A DNA stretch of 62,037 nt from Syntrophomonadaceae bacterium (GTDB lineage Bacteria; Bacillota; Dethiobacteria; DTU022), in NCBI GenBank assembly GCA_003554615.1, contig PWGX01000006.1, forward strand, positions 1 to 62,037, written 5' to 3'. The translations under genes were made by a program, and so were the position numbers. Below the pieces are notes generated by a model. That model did no database searches and was not told where the DNA came from. It saw only the letters and a list, made by a program, of their open reading frames with translations. Numbering within the stretch: position 1 is the first letter of the stretch; the number at the start of each line of letters is the position of its first letter. Positions 48,495 through 58,775 of the stretch are shown one piece after another.

Positions 48495-50633
48495 CTAGCG
48501 AGCAACCTGCTCCATTACATAAGCTTCAATAATATCTCCTTCTTGCAGATCATTAAAGTTTTCCAGCAAAATACCGCATTCATAGCCGGAAGAAACCTCA
48601 CGAACATCATCTTTATATCGTTTAAGCGAGGCAATACTGCCCGAATCATGGACAACAGTACCGTCGCGGATAACCCTGACCATTGAATTGCGGGTAACTT
48701 TTCCTTCAAGCACATGCGATCCGGCAATGTTGCCCAGCTTTGAGGCCTTGAAGACCTGCCTCACTTCAACCTGGCCCTGGATAACTTCTTTCATTTCCGG
48801 TTTGAGCATCCCTTTAACCGCGTTCTGGATATCTTCAATCGCTTCGTAAATAATTCTATAGAGGCGGATATCAACCTGGTTCTTTTCAGAAAGTTTGCGG
48901 GCATTGCTGTCGGGCCGGACATTGAAACCGATTACGATGGCGTTGGAAGCGGAGGCCAGCATAATATCCGACTCGTTAATGGCACCGACACCGGTATGGA
49001 TAATTTTAATCTGCACTTCATCCAGGCTGAGTTTGGCCAGGGCGTCTTTTAACGCTTCCACCGAACCCTGGACATCGGCCTTCAGGATCAGGTTGAGTTC
49101 TCTAACCTCGCCCTCCTGGATTTGCTTAAACAGGTCTTCAAGAGTAACCCGCTGTACCTTCCGGCTGGCTTCCTTGATCTTTTCAGCCCGTTTGTCCGCA
49201 ACATCCCGGGCCACCCGTTCGCTGTTCACCGCCTGGAAACCATCCCCGGCCATGGGCACATCATTTAGCCCCAGGATCTCGACCGGTGTTGCCGGGCCTG
49301 CCGATTTAACCTTTTCGCCGTGTTCATTAAACATGGCCCTGATCTTGCCGGCGATGGATCCGCAGATAATCGGTTCCCCCACGTGCAGGGTCCCGTCCTG
49401 GACCAGAATAGTGGCTACCGGGCCGCGCCCTTTATCGAGGTTGGCTTCGATAACAGTTCCCCGGGCAACACGGTCAGGCGATGCTTTAAGTTCGCAGACT
49501 TCGGCCAGCAGAGTCACCATCTCTAACAGCTCTTCCAGGCCCTCTCCCTTGATAGCGCTAACCGGGACCATGATCGTGTCCCCGCCCCATTCTTCCGGAA
49601 CCAGCTCATGTTCAGCCAGCTGCTGCTTGACCCGATCGGGGCTGGCTTCCGGTTTATCCATTTTGTTGATGGCCACCATGATCGGCACTCCGGCCGCTTT
49701 GGCGTGGTTAATTGCTTCCACGGTTTGGGGCATCACCCCGTCATCGGCAGCAACGACCAGGATCGCTATATCGGTGACCTGTGCCCCGCGGGCCCGCATA
49801 GCGGTGAACGCTTCATGGCCCGGAGTATCTAAAAAAACAATCTTTTTATCATTGACATTAACCTGGTAGGCCCCAATATGCTGGGTTATTCCCCCCACTT
49901 CACCGGAGATCACATTGGCGCTCCTGATGGCGTCAAGCAGCATGGTTTTGCCGTGATCGACGTGTCCAAGGACGGTAACCACCGGCTTACGCGAACTCTC
50001 TTCCAGATGGGCATCTTCTTCGCCTTCACGTACGGCCAGCAGTTCTTCTTCCAGTTCATCTTCCATATAATCGACCTCATAGCCATGCTCTTCGGCCACC
50101 AGTTCGACTGTTTCAGGGGTCAAGGGCTGGTTGATATTAGCCATAACGCCCATTTCCATCAATTCGGTTATTAACTGTGAAGGAGCTATATCCAGGTGGG
50201 AAGCCAGCTCTGCTACTGTAACCTGGCCTTCAAGTTTAAGTTTCGGCTTCTGGGCTTTTAGCATTGCCGCTCTCTTTTCTTCCTGGATCATTTTCCGGGC
50301 TTTCCGCCCCATGCTTTTCTGTTCCTGATCACCGGCTTTAGCTTTGTCTTTAACACCGGCCTTTTCCTTCTTTTTGCCGGTATCGGTTTCAGGAGCCCTG
50401 GATTCCGGTTTTTGTTTCTCTGAACCTTTCTTTCCGGAAGCCTTTTTATCATCTACCGGTTTTTCCCCTTCGCTTTTGCCGGTCAGGATGGACATAACCT
50501 TTTTTGCCTCTTCGTCGGTCAAGGTGCTCATATGATTGTTAACTGCTATGTCCATATTTTCCATAACTTCAATCAGCTTCTTGCTGGTTGTTCCCAACTC
50601 TTTGGCCAGCTGATACACTCTAACTTTGCTCAC
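48495..50633 (-). CDS. infB: Translation initiation factor IF-2
   Basis: [31 protein letters not shown]. Confidence 0.98.
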   Translation of the reverse strand: MSKVRVYQLAKELGTTSKKLIEVMENMDIAVNNHMSTLTDEEAKKVMSILTGKSEGEKPVDDKKASGKKGSEKQKPESRAPETDTGKKKEKAGVKDKAKAGDQEQKSMGRKARKMIQEEKRAAMLKAQKPKLKLEGQVTVAELASHLDIAPSQLITELMEMGVMANINQPLTPETVELVAEEHGYEVDYMEDELEEELLAVREGEEDAHLEESSRKPVVTVLGHVDHGKTMLLDAIRSANVISGEVGGITQHIGAYQVNVNDKKIVFLDTPGHEAFTAMRARGAQVTDIAILVVAADDGVMPQTVEAINHAKAAGVPIMVAINKMDKPEASPDRVKQQLAEHELVPEEWGGDTIMVPVSAIKGEGLEELLEMVTLLAEVCELKASPDRVARGTVIEANLDKGRGPVATILVQDGTLHVGEPIICGSIAGKIRAMFNEHGEKVKSAGPATPVEILGLNDVPMAGDGFQAVNSERVARDVADKRAEKIKEASRKVQRVTLEDLFKQIQEGEVRELNLILKADVQGSVEALKDALAKLSLDEVQIKIIHTGVGAINESDIMLASASNAIVIGFNVRPDSNARKLSEKNQVDIRLYRIIYEAIEDIQNAVKGMLKPEMKEVIQGQVEVRQVFKASKLGNIAGSHVLEGKVTRNSMVRVIRDGTVVHDSGSIASLKRYKDDVREVSSGYECGILLENFNDLQEGDIIEAYVMEQVAR

Positions 50634-50665
50634 CTATAACACCTCCATAAAGTAAGCCCTCCCTG

Positions 50666-50947
50666 TTACAATTCGCTTTCTTTTTGTTTTAATGTTGCTG
50701 CTATTTCAGAAATCAGCTCCGAAGTGATCGGCTGCTGCAGGTTTCTTTCCAGGCGCTTGCCTTTTACCGCCTTTTTAAAACATTCTTCCCGCAGGCAGAT
50801 ATATGCCCCCCTACCGGGCTTTTTCCCGGTCGTATCGAGCATTATTTCGTTTTCCGGGGTTCGGACAATGCGCACCAGTTCTTTTTTGGGCATTTTTTCC
50901 CGGCACCCGATGCAAATCCGCAGAGGGACTTTTTTCTTTTTACTCAT
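50666..50947 (-). CDS. ylxR: YlxR (RnpM) family nucleic-acid-binding protein
   Basis: PLRICIGC...KKELVRIV...GRGAYIC. Confidence 0.93.
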   Translation of the reverse strand: MSKKKKVPLRICIGCREKMPKKELVRIVRTPENEIMLDTTGKKPGRGAYICLREECFKKAVKGKRLERNLQQPITSELISEIAATLKQKESEL

Positions 50948-52247
50948 CTTGCCGCGGCTCCTCTTCCGACGGTACTTCTTCGGGCTCTTCCGGCGACTCT
51001 TCTATTTCAACTCCATCTCCGGATTCAGTTTCCTGATCGGCACGAGTTTCATCGTCACCTTCGCCATCGCCCTCAGCCACTGCTTCACCATCCGCGGCGG
51101 CAGGTTCGTCATCCCAGTTCAGGGCTTCCATAAGCCCGGCTCCCTCTTTGCTTTCTTCTTCATCGTCCGGCTCTTCAGCCAGGCCCATGGCGGAAAAGCT
51201 TTTTTCCGCATACTGGGTTTCACTGGAAATATCAACTTTCCACCCGGTTATTTTGGCCGCCAGGCGGGCATTCTGACCTTCTTTGCCGATAGCCAGCGAC
51301 AGCTGGTTATCCGGTACAACCACCGTCGCTGCTTTGTTTTCCGAGTCGATATTTACTGATGAAACTTTAGCCGGGCTGAGCGAATTGGCAATATATTCTT
51401 CCGACTCTTCGTTCCACTTAATAATATCAATTTTTTCGCCCTTCAGCTCGTTGCTGATCGCCTGGACCCGGCTGCCCTTAGGGCCAACACAGGCTCCGAC
51501 TGGATCAATATCGCTGTTGGCTGAATTTACGGCCAGTTTGGAACGATAGCCCGCTTCGCGAGCGGCTGCCTTAATCTCTACGATACCCTCGTAGATTTCG
51601 GGAACTTCCATTTCAAAAAGCCTTTTTAAAAAACCGGTATGAGTGCGGGATACAATAATCTGGGGGCCCTTGGTTGTTTTCTTGACCTCCATAATAAAAG
51701 TCTTTACCCGTTCGCCCTGGCGGTAACGTTCATGGGGAATTTGCTCTTCAACCGGCAGAATCGCTTCAGTCCTGCCCAGATCGATAATTACATTTTTATG
51801 CTCAAAACGGCGCACCAGGCCGGTAATTATTTCTTCGGTCCGATCGGTGAAATCCTCGTAGATCAGTTCCCTTTCCGCTTCCCTGATCCTCTGGATCACA
51901 ACCTGCTTGGCTGTCTGGGCCGCAATTCTGCCAAACTCCTTAGGAGTCACTTCCATTTCAATCATATCGCCTAGCTGACAGCGCGGTTCATAGACCCTGG
52001 CTTCATACAGGCTGACTTCCTGATCCTCTGATTCCACCTCTTCAACCACTTTAAGCTGCGAAAAAACTTTAATTTCGCCGGTTTCCCGGTCAATGCTGAC
52101 TCTCACCGCGGGTGATGACTGGAAGTTTCTTTTATATGCTGAAACAAGCGCAACTTCAAGGGCTTCAAAAAGCACTTCCTTGCTGATCCCTTTTTCCTTT
52201 TCTAGCGATGAAATCGCTGCAAACAGATCTTCATTCACCTTTGACAA
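50940..52247 (-). CDS. nusA: Transcription termination factor NusA with acidic C-terminal extension
   Basis: FGRIAAQTAKQV, DPVGACVG, LAIGKEGQNARLAA. Confidence 0.97.
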   Translation of the reverse strand: MSKVNEDLFAAISSLEKEKGISKEVLFEALEVALVSAYKRNFQSSPAVRVSIDRETGEIKVFSQLKVVEEVESEDQEVSLYEARVYEPRCQLGDMIEMEVTPKEFGRIAAQTAKQVVIQRIREAERELIYEDFTDRTEEIITGLVRRFEHKNVIIDLGRTEAILPVEEQIPHERYRQGERVKTFIMEVKKTTKGPQIIVSRTHTGFLKRLFEMEVPEIYEGIVEIKAAAREAGYRSKLAVNSANSDIDPVGACVGPKGSRVQAISNELKGEKIDIIKWNEESEEYIANSLSPAKVSSVNIDSENKAATVVVPDNQLSLAIGKEGQNARLAAKITGWKVDISSETQYAEKSFSAMGLAEEPDDEEESKEGAGLMEALNWDDEPAAADGEAVAEGDGEGDDETRADQETESGDGVEIEESPEEPEEVPSEEEPRQDE

Positions 52248-52272
52248 AACCTCCTTTCCTGTTTAATTAGAC

Positions 52273-52764
52273 CTACTTATCTTTTAGCAAATCATCTTTA
52301 TCCGGTTTGGGATACCAGAGATTTGCCCTGGCAATCAAGGCCAGAGGTATTTCCACGTCTCTGCCTTCTTCAAGGGCGATGATAATTGACTCTTCCCTGG
52401 TGCCGGCCAGGGTGCCGCTGAAATTTTTACGTCCTTCGATTTCTTCGGAAGTTTTTACTTTTGCTTTTTCACCCTCAAAACGTTCAAAATGTATTTTTTT
52501 GGTAAGCGGTCGCTCCAGGCCCGGCGAGGAAACTTCCAGGGTATAGGCATGAGCAATGGGATCGTGGTAATCAAGGAGATCCGAGACAGCATTGCTGATT
52601 AATTCACAGTGATCAATCGTCACGCCACCTTCCCGGTCTATATACAGGTCAAGTTTGCCTTGCTTACCGGGCCGGTAATTCAACTTGACCAGTTCGAACC
52701 CCTTGCTTTCTACCAAAGGTTCAATCAGCTCAATTAACTTAGCCCTTGTGTCTTCCCTGCTCAT
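52273..52764 (-). CDS. rimP: Ribosome maturation factor RimP
   Basis: LYIDREGGVTIDHC, YTLEVSSPGLERPL. Confidence 0.95.
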   Translation of the reverse strand: MSREDTRAKLIELIEPLVESKGFELVKLNYRPGKQGKLDLYIDREGGVTIDHCELISNAVSDLLDYHDPIAHAYTLEVSSPGLERPLTKKIHFERFEGEKAKVKTSEEIEGRKNFSGTLAGTREESIIIALEEGRDVEIPLALIARANLWYPKPDKDDLLKDK

Positions 52765-52840
52765 AAAAACCCTGAACCTCCACAGGGCTAATTAGTGGGT
52801 ATCGTTACATCGGCAGCCCTTTTAAGCCCTTATTAATATG

Positions 52841-52864
52841 AAAGAGTGGGAACCACCCACCCTT
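52841..52864 (-). terminator. Leader hairpin upstream of rimP-nusA (probable NusA-responsive attenuator)
   Basis: AAGGGUGGGU-GGU-UCCCACUCUUU with short U-tract, downstream of TTGCGT-N17-TAAATT; a comparable weak leader terminator autoregulates nusA in B. subtilis. Confidence 0.55.
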
Positions 52865-52965
52865 GACAAGAAAAACCCTATCATCTTAATTAATTTATCA
52901 CAAATATCACCGCTACGCAACACTGTGAAACGCCGCGCGATCGAAAAGCTGTGGGCTTACAATCT

Positions 52966-53613
52966 TTACTTGGGATTGGTATCGATTCGGGTTACATACT
53001 TGAAAATCTCCCAGTACATTTTAGCCCTGGCCGATACTCCTTTCCAGAAGCCCAGTTTTTCCTCTTTCATAACATGCGAAAGATCGGGCAGCTGGACCAC
53101 AGCCGCTTCTATTTCGTTGTCTTCCACGTATTTATGAAGGGCCATTTCAATCCCGAAACGGGAAAGATCAAGGTCGGATATATTTTCCAGGAGCTCTCGC
53201 CTCAAGGCTCTCTGGCCGGATAAAAAAGGGGCCATCCTCTGGGCGAAATCGGTTGCCATCCGCCCTTTTTCGAAGATGCCTACCGACATGAGAGCTTCTT
53301 TTTCCCGGACCGGTTTTAACAAAGCTTCGACATGTTTGACGCTCAAACCGATCAGGTCGGCATCCAGGATTAAAATGATTTCTGAGTTGCAGCGATCCAG
53401 GCCCGCTTTTATTGCTCCTCCTTTGCCCCTGTTGTCAAGCAGATCAATAACTTCCACATTGTCATAATTGAGGGCCGATTTGACCGTCCCGTCCTCTGAA
53501 CCGTCGCTGACCACGATAATCCGGTCCACGTCCGGTGTCTGCTGCAGGGCGGAGATTACATCGCCGATCGTTTTTTCCTCATTATATGCCGGTACTATAG
53601 CCGCTACTTCCAC
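52966..53613 (-). CDS. Glycosyltransferase family 2 protein
   Basis: IVPAYNEE, VVSDGSEDG, NRGKGGA, LDADL; GTG start after GGAGGG. Confidence 0.9.
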   Translation of the reverse strand: MEVAAIVPAYNEEKTIGDVISALQQTPDVDRIIVVSDGSEDGTVKSALNYDNVEVIDLLDNRGKGGAIKAGLDRCNSEIILILDADLIGLSVKHVEALLKPVREKEALMSVGIFEKGRMATDFAQRMAPFLSGQRALRRELLENISDLDLSRFGIEMALHKYVEDNEIEAAVVQLPDLSHVMKEEKLGFWKGVSARAKMYWEIFKYVTRIDTNPK

Positions 53614-53614
53614 T

Positions 53615-54706
53615 TTACTTTCCCTCCTCCCGCCTTTCTCCACGGTCTGCCGCTGCTTCCAGCTCTTCTTTCAGGGCATCCAGTAAAGAGTCAAGGCCCA
53701 CGGTCCGGATTACCTGGCCGTGGCTGAATACAATACCGTGTTTCTTTCCAGCGGAAATGCCCAGGTCGGCTTCCCTGGCTTCCCCGGGTCCGTTAACCGC
53801 ACAACCCATTACCGCTACTTTAAGCGGCAGGCGGTAACCCTCCAGCATTTCTTCCGCTTCTTTGACCAGCGCAACCAGGTCTACCGAACAGCGCCCGCAG
53901 GTGGGACAGGAAATCAGCTCAGGGCCATACCTGTTCATTCCCAGCGATTGCAGGATCTGCTTCGCCGCCCGGACTTCTTCTACCGGGTGGGCGGTTAGCG
54001 ATACCCTGATCGTATCGCCAATTCCTTCCGCCAGCAGGGTTCCGATGCCAATTGCTCCCTTGATCAGGCCGGACCGCAGGGGGCCCGCCCCGGTAATTCC
54101 GAGGTGCAGGGGATATGGTTTTTTTTCGGAAAAGCTCCGGTAAGCTTTTATAGTCGTTACTACATCGGAAGCCTTTAGGGATACCACGATCCTGGAAAAA
54201 CCAGTCTCTTCAAGAACATCCAGGTAGCCCAGGGCTGACTCGACCAGGGCGGCGGCGCTTGCGCCTCCGTGTTTTTCCAAAATCTTTTTCTCCAATGATC
54301 CGGCATTGACCCCGATCCTGATCGGCACCGTGAGCTGTTCCGCCCTCCTGGCCAGCTCAATCAGTTTGCTCTTCCCCCCGATGTTTCCCGGGTTTATCCT
54401 TATTTTTGAAGCCCCGTTTTCCATTGCTTCAAGGGCCAGCCGGGCGTCAAAATGAATATCGGCAACCAGCGGCACCGGGCTCTCACGGGCCAGGTCTTTA
54501 AATGTTTCGGCCGCTTTCCGGTCCGGAACGGCCAGGCGGACCAGTTCACAGCCGGCTTCAGCCAGCTGATTAATCTGTTCCATGGTTGCCCCTGAGTCGG
54601 TTGTTTTTGTATTGGTCATCGACTGGATAACTACCGGCGCACCGCCGCCGATGGTCACCCCGCCGATCTGGACCGGATCGGTTTCTTTTCTTTCTATTAT
54701 TTCCAT
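53615..54706 (-). CDS. ispG: HMBPP synthase IspG (with two unusual active-site substitutions)
   Basis: QSMTNT, ADIHFD, RINPGNIG, CPTCGR, GCAVNGPGE. Confidence 0.94.
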   Translation of the reverse strand: MEIIERKETDPVQIGGVTIGGGAPVVIQSMTNTKTTDSGATMEQINQLAEAGCELVRLAVPDRKAAETFKDLARESPVPLVADIHFDARLALEAMENGASKIRINPGNIGGKSKLIELARRAEQLTVPIRIGVNAGSLEKKILEKHGGASAAALVESALGYLDVLEETGFSRIVVSLKASDVVTTIKAYRSFSEKKPYPLHLGITGAGPLRSGLIKGAIGIGTLLAEGIGDTIRVSLTAHPVEEVRAAKQILQSLGMNRYGPELISCPTCGRCSVDLVALVKEAEEMLEGYRLPLKVAVMGCAVNGPGEAREADLGISAGKKHGIVFSHGQVIRTVGLDSLLDALKEELEAAADRGERREEGK

Positions 54707-54767
54707 CTATTCAGCACCATATCAAGTATTTAATTCCACTCTGCAGATCAAACAAGTTCCGACCGGG

Positions 54768-55784
54768 CTAATTGCTCGGCGCAAAGAACAGGCGCAAAAC
54801 ATCCTGGTAGGTAATAAACAAAATCAGGGTGATCAGCAGAGCAAACCCCAGGAAATGGATAAAACCTTCTTTCTCCGGTTCAATGGGGCGGCCGCGAACT
54901 GCTTCGATAACCAGGAACATGATCCGCCCCCCGTCTAAAGCCGGGACCGGGAGCAGGTTGATAATGCCCAGGTTAATGCTGATCAGTGCTGTCAGCATCA
55001 GCAGGTTGACAAACCCGGTTTGGGCCACTTCACCGATCACGTGGACGATGCCCACCGGCCCGGCTACATCAAGAGGCGCCTGGCCTGACAGGACGTGATA
55101 AAAAGAAGCCAGGATCATTCCAAACTGCCGGAAACTGTTTTGAACGGAAGGAACAAAATTGTACCTGTCCAGCATCTGGCCAATACCGATAATTCCCCTT
55201 CCGGTACCGGGCTCCTGCTCGGCAGTCACCAGGTAGCTAAATTCTTCGCCGTTTCTTTCTACGGTAATCGGAAATTCTTGCTCTTCCCGAACCGATACAA
55301 CAGCAATAACATCATCAAAAGTTTCTACCGGCTCGTTGTCGATGTTGATGATCCTGTCGCCAACCTCCAGGCCGGTTTCTTGGGCAGGAGAATCTTCCAC
55401 GATATAACCAATTTGCGCTGTATCAGTCGGTGTGCCTATGATAAAGAAGAAAATCAAAAAGAAAACCAGGAGGGCCAGGACCAGGTTCATTCCCGAGCCG
55501 GCCAGCAGGACCGCCATCCTGCTCGTAATCGGCTTTTGGGGGAAGCTGTCGGGGTCGTCGGCTTCTTCCGGATCTTCGCCCATCAGGCGGCAAAAACCGC
55601 CCAGGGGCACCGCCCGCAGGGAATAATCAATTCCCGATTTACTCCAACCTACCAGCTTCGGGCCAAATCCGACGGCCAGTTCCAAAACCCGGATCCCGGT
55701 CAGGCGTGCAACAAAATAATGGCCTAACTCGTGAGCCAGGATCAATAAACCAAACACTAATATGGCAGCAATTAAAGTTTGCAT
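54768..55784 (-). CDS. rseP: RIP metalloprotease RseP/RasP
   Basis: HELGH, PDZ domain, NLLPVPALDGG. Confidence 0.94.
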   Translation of the reverse strand: MQTLIAAILVFGLLILAHELGHYFVARLTGIRVLELAVGFGPKLVGWSKSGIDYSLRAVPLGGFCRLMGEDPEEADDPDSFPQKPITSRMAVLLAGSGMNLVLALLVFFLIFFFIIGTPTDTAQIGYIVEDSPAQETGLEVGDRIINIDNEPVETFDDVIAVVSVREEQEFPITVERNGEEFSYLVTAEQEPGTGRGIIGIGQMLDRYNFVPSVQNSFRQFGMILASFYHVLSGQAPLDVAGPVGIVHVIGEVAQTGFVNLLMLTALISINLGIINLLPVPALDGGRIMFLVIEAVRGRPIEPEKEGFIHFLGFALLITLILFITYQDVLRLFFAPSN

Positions 55785-56954
55785 TTAACTCATCCTTCCC
55801 GTCTGCGCGTCTATTATCTGCGCCGCTTTTCGGCGAGACCACTGATCGGCACTGACCACGTCGTCAATGCCGGGATTTTCAACATTTGTATGGCTGCTCA
55901 TTACGCTATTAATAACCTCCGGGATGGCGTTAAACCCAATCCTGCCGCCAATGAATTCCGCCACGGCGATCTCATTGGCCCCGTTAAGGACAGCCGGCAT
56001 GGTGCCTCCCAGTTCTGCCGCCCGGTAAGCCAGCTCCAGGCAGGGAAAATTATCCCGGTCGGGCGGGTAAAAGTCAAGCTTTTTTCCAAAAGGATCAAAT
56101 CGATCTACCCGGCTTTCTGTGCGTTCCGGGTAAGTCAGGGCGTGCTGGATAGGCAGCCGCATATCCGGCACACCGAGCTGGGCAATTATTGATCCGTCTA
56201 TATATTCTACCATAGAATGAATAATACTTTGCCTATGGATGATTACTTCTATCTGATCAAGATCGAGACCGAACAACCATTTAGCTTCGATCACCTCAAG
56301 GCCCTTATTCATCATCGTGGCCGAATCAATCGTAATCTTGCGGCCCATCTGCCAGTTGGGGTGTTTCAGGGCCCGGGCGGGCGTAACAGACGCAAGCTCC
56401 TTTTTTGTGCACCCGAAGAAGGGGCCTCCTGAAGCAGTCAGGAATATGCGGGAGACTTCTTCAGAACCGCTGCCTCCCAGGCACTGCCAGATAGCTGAGT
56501 GCTCGCTGTCAACCGGCAAGATTTTTTTTCGGTCAAGAAGCCCCATCTGCTCCAGGATTGTCCCACCGATGACCAGTGATTCCTTGTTGGCCAGGGCAAC
56601 CATTTTCCCCTGCTTCAGGGCGGCCACCAGGGGGCTAAAACCGCTGAACCCAACCTGGGCCATTACCACCAGATCGGCCTGCGGCCAGGTGGCGGCGAGA
56701 ACCTGCCCCTCTTCACCGGATTTGACCGTGCATCCAGTGGTGCCGATTTTGCCGGCAAGCCTCTCGGCGGCTTCAATATTGCTCAAAACGGCCAGCTCAG
56801 GCTTAAACTCCCTGACCTGTTCTTCCAGCAGGATGTCGTTTCCGCCGGCAGTAAGGGCAACTACCCGGTAACCCTCGCCCAGGGCTGCAATTACTTCCAG
56901 GGTTTGTTTTCCGATTGAGCCTGTCGATCCCAGTATAGCAATTTTCTTTTCCAT
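55785..56954 (-). CDS. dxr: 1-deoxy-D-xylulose-5-phosphate reductoisomerase
   Basis: GSTGSIG, LANKESLV, PVDSEHSA, HPNWQMG, NKGLEVIEA. Confidence 0.97.
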   Translation of the reverse strand: MEKKIAILGSTGSIGKQTLEVIAALGEGYRVVALTAGGNDILLEEQVREFKPELAVLSNIEAAERLAGKIGTTGCTVKSGEEGQVLAATWPQADLVVMAQVGFSGFSPLVAALKQGKMVALANKESLVIGGTILEQMGLLDRKKILPVDSEHSAIWQCLGGSGSEEVSRIFLTASGGPFFGCTKKELASVTPARALKHPNWQMGRKITIDSATMMNKGLEVIEAKWLFGLDLDQIEVIIHRQSIIHSMVEYIDGSIIAQLGVPDMRLPIQHALTYPERTESRVDRFDPFGKKLDFYPPDRDNFPCLELAYRAAELGGTMPAVLNGANEIAVAEFIGGRIGFNAIPEVINSVMSSHTNVENPGIDDVVSADQWSRRKAAQIIDAQTGRMS

Positions 56955-57040
56955 TTTACTACCTGTCCAAAGGCCTTAAAAATTATTTCTGTTCCCGGCC
57001 GGGCCTTTTTCTGTATTATTGTGGCTCTCCCCGCTTTCGA

Positions 57041-57859
57041 TTAACCGGCATGTAACATGCCGATCAGCAGGAAGAAGTAATAAACAAACGGGGCGGAAAG
57101 CATAACACTGTCAAAGCGGTCCAGGACCCCCCCGTGGCCTGGAACAATAGCCCCGGAGTCTTTAACCTGCATTTGCCTTTTCAAAGCTGATTCCATCAGG
57201 TCACCCAGCTGGGCAAATACTGATATCCCGAGGGCCAGTATAACCGCACCCAGGGGTGAAAGTGTAAACAGCTCCGGGAAGAGGATCGAAACCGAAAAAA
57301 AGATCACGATCGTCCCTCCCAGCCCGGCCAGGGAACCTTCCACAGATTTTTTCTGGCTAATCTGGGGCGCAAACTTGCGCATTCCCCATTTGGAGCCGAT
57401 TGCGTAAGCCGCAGTGTCGTGGATCCAGATCCCGGCAAAAAGGGTATAAGTAAATAAGGCCCCGTCGGGCTGCAGCCGCAGCATCAACAGGTATCCGCAA
57501 AGGACGCCGATATAGACAACTCCCCACAGGGCCATCGCCGATTCGGTAATGCTTAACTTCTCCTCAATCTCCATGTTAAACAGGGCCGAAACAAACATTA
57601 TAAAAAACAGGATCAAAAACAGGGGAATGATCAGCAAATACTGTTCTAGTAAAATAATAATGATATAAAAACTAACCCCCAGGTGGCCGATCACAGCCAG
57701 GAAACTGGAATTGCCAATTTTTATGATCTGGTTATACTCAAATATGCCCACATTAACAATTACCAGTAGAAATATCGCAAACCAGGGGCCACCGTAGTAG
57801 ACGGCCGCAATCACGATTGGTACGCCAACGAGGGCCGATAATATTCGAAGTAACAGCAT
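57041..57859 (-). CDS. cdsA: Phosphatidate cytidylyltransferase
   Basis: DTAAY..G, ISQKKSVEG, GDLMESALKR...KDSG..PGHGGVLDRFDS. Confidence 0.95.
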   Translation of the reverse strand: MLLLRILSALVGVPIVIAAVYYGGPWFAIFLLVIVNVGIFEYNQIIKIGNSSFLAVIGHLGVSFYIIIILLEQYLLIIPLFLILFFIMFVSALFNMEIEEKLSITESAMALWGVVYIGVLCGYLLMLRLQPDGALFTYTLFAGIWIHDTAAYAIGSKWGMRKFAPQISQKKSVEGSLAGLGGTIVIFFSVSILFPELFTLSPLGAVILALGISVFAQLGDLMESALKRQMQVKDSGAIVPGHGGVLDRFDSVMLSAPFVYYFFLLIGMLHAG

Positions 57860-57878
57860 CAATAACCACCTTTGAATG

Positions 57879-58637
57879 CTACAATTTACCGAACCGCCTC
57901 TTACGCATCTGGTAATCATGCACCGCTTCCATTAAATGCAGTTTTGAAAAGTCGGGCCAGTAAACGTTGGTAAACCAGAGCTCACTGTAGGCCAGCTGCC
58001 ACAGCAAAAAATTGCTGATCCTTTTTTCTCCACTGGTTCTGATCAACAGGTCGGGATCGGGCAACCCGGCGGTATAAAGGTAGCTGGAAAAAGTCTTTTC
58101 ATCGACCTGCCCTTTTACCTTCCCGGCCGCTGCCTCTTTGATCAGGTTGTTTACCGCTCTTAAGATCTCGGACCTGGAACCGTAATTTAAAGCGAAATTC
58201 AAGATCATCCCGGTGTTGTCCCTGGTTGCTTCCGAGCCGTCTTCAACTGCTTTCCTTACCTTGCGGGGCAGCCGGGCCGCGTCTCCGATCAACCTGACCT
58301 GGACATTTTTGCGGATTAATTCCGGCAGTTCGGATTGAAAATATTTTTCGGGCAAGCTCATCAGATAATTAACTTCCCAGGCCGGGCGCTGCCAGTTTTC
58401 CGTGGAAAAAGCAAACAGGGTCAGAATACTTATACCCAGCTTCTCGGCGCACCTGACGATGTCCCGGACTGTTTCCACGCCTTGCCGGTGACCTTCCTGC
58501 CTGGGCAGCCCTCTTTCTACAGCCCAGCGTCCGTTGCCGTCCATAATAATGGCTATATGACGGGGGACCTTTTCCGGGTCAATTTTCCTTGTAAGCTCTT
58601 TTTCTCTAATGGTAGAATCCAAAACCAAACCCCACAT
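57879..58637 (-). CDS. uppS: Undecaprenyl diphosphate synthase
   Basis: HIAIIMDGNGRWA, FSTENW, RTSGEKRISNFLLWQ. Confidence 0.97.
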   Translation of the reverse strand: MWGLVLDSTIREKELTRKIDPEKVPRHIAIIMDGNGRWAVERGLPRQEGHRQGVETVRDIVRCAEKLGISILTLFAFSTENWQRPAWEVNYLMSLPEKYFQSELPELIRKNVQVRLIGDAARLPRKVRKAVEDGSEATRDNTGMILNFALNYGSRSEILRAVNNLIKEAAAGKVKGQVDEKTFSSYLYTAGLPDPDLLIRTSGEKRISNFLLWQLAYSELWFTNVYWPDFSKLHLMEAVHDYQMRKRRFGKL

Positions 58638-58640
58638 TTC

Positions 58641-58679
58641 AAAAACAACGGCTCCCCCTTACCGTGTCAAGAGAGAGCC
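58641..58679 (-). terminator. Terminator-like hairpin between frr and uppS
   Basis: GGCTCTCTCTT-GACACGGT-AAGGGGGAGCC followed by GTTGTTTTT on the minus strand. Confidence 0.65.
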
Positions 58680-58775
58680 GCCTCTGGTTTGTAACAATAG
58701 TTATCACATTCAAGGAACGAAGCGGTTCTTGTTCAGACGCAGCTCAATGTTTACCGGGTTACGAACCGCCGCCTG

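Noticed and set aside
48895-49869. Long plus-strand ORFs opposite infB and other core genes (also 14098-14847, 55095-55727)
   Set aside because: Antisense shadows of well-conserved genes with no motifs or RBS
58714-58734. GAAC...GTTC elements between frr and uppS as an SOS box
   Set aside because: Spacing is 6 rather than 4 and the sequence is better explained as an RNA helix
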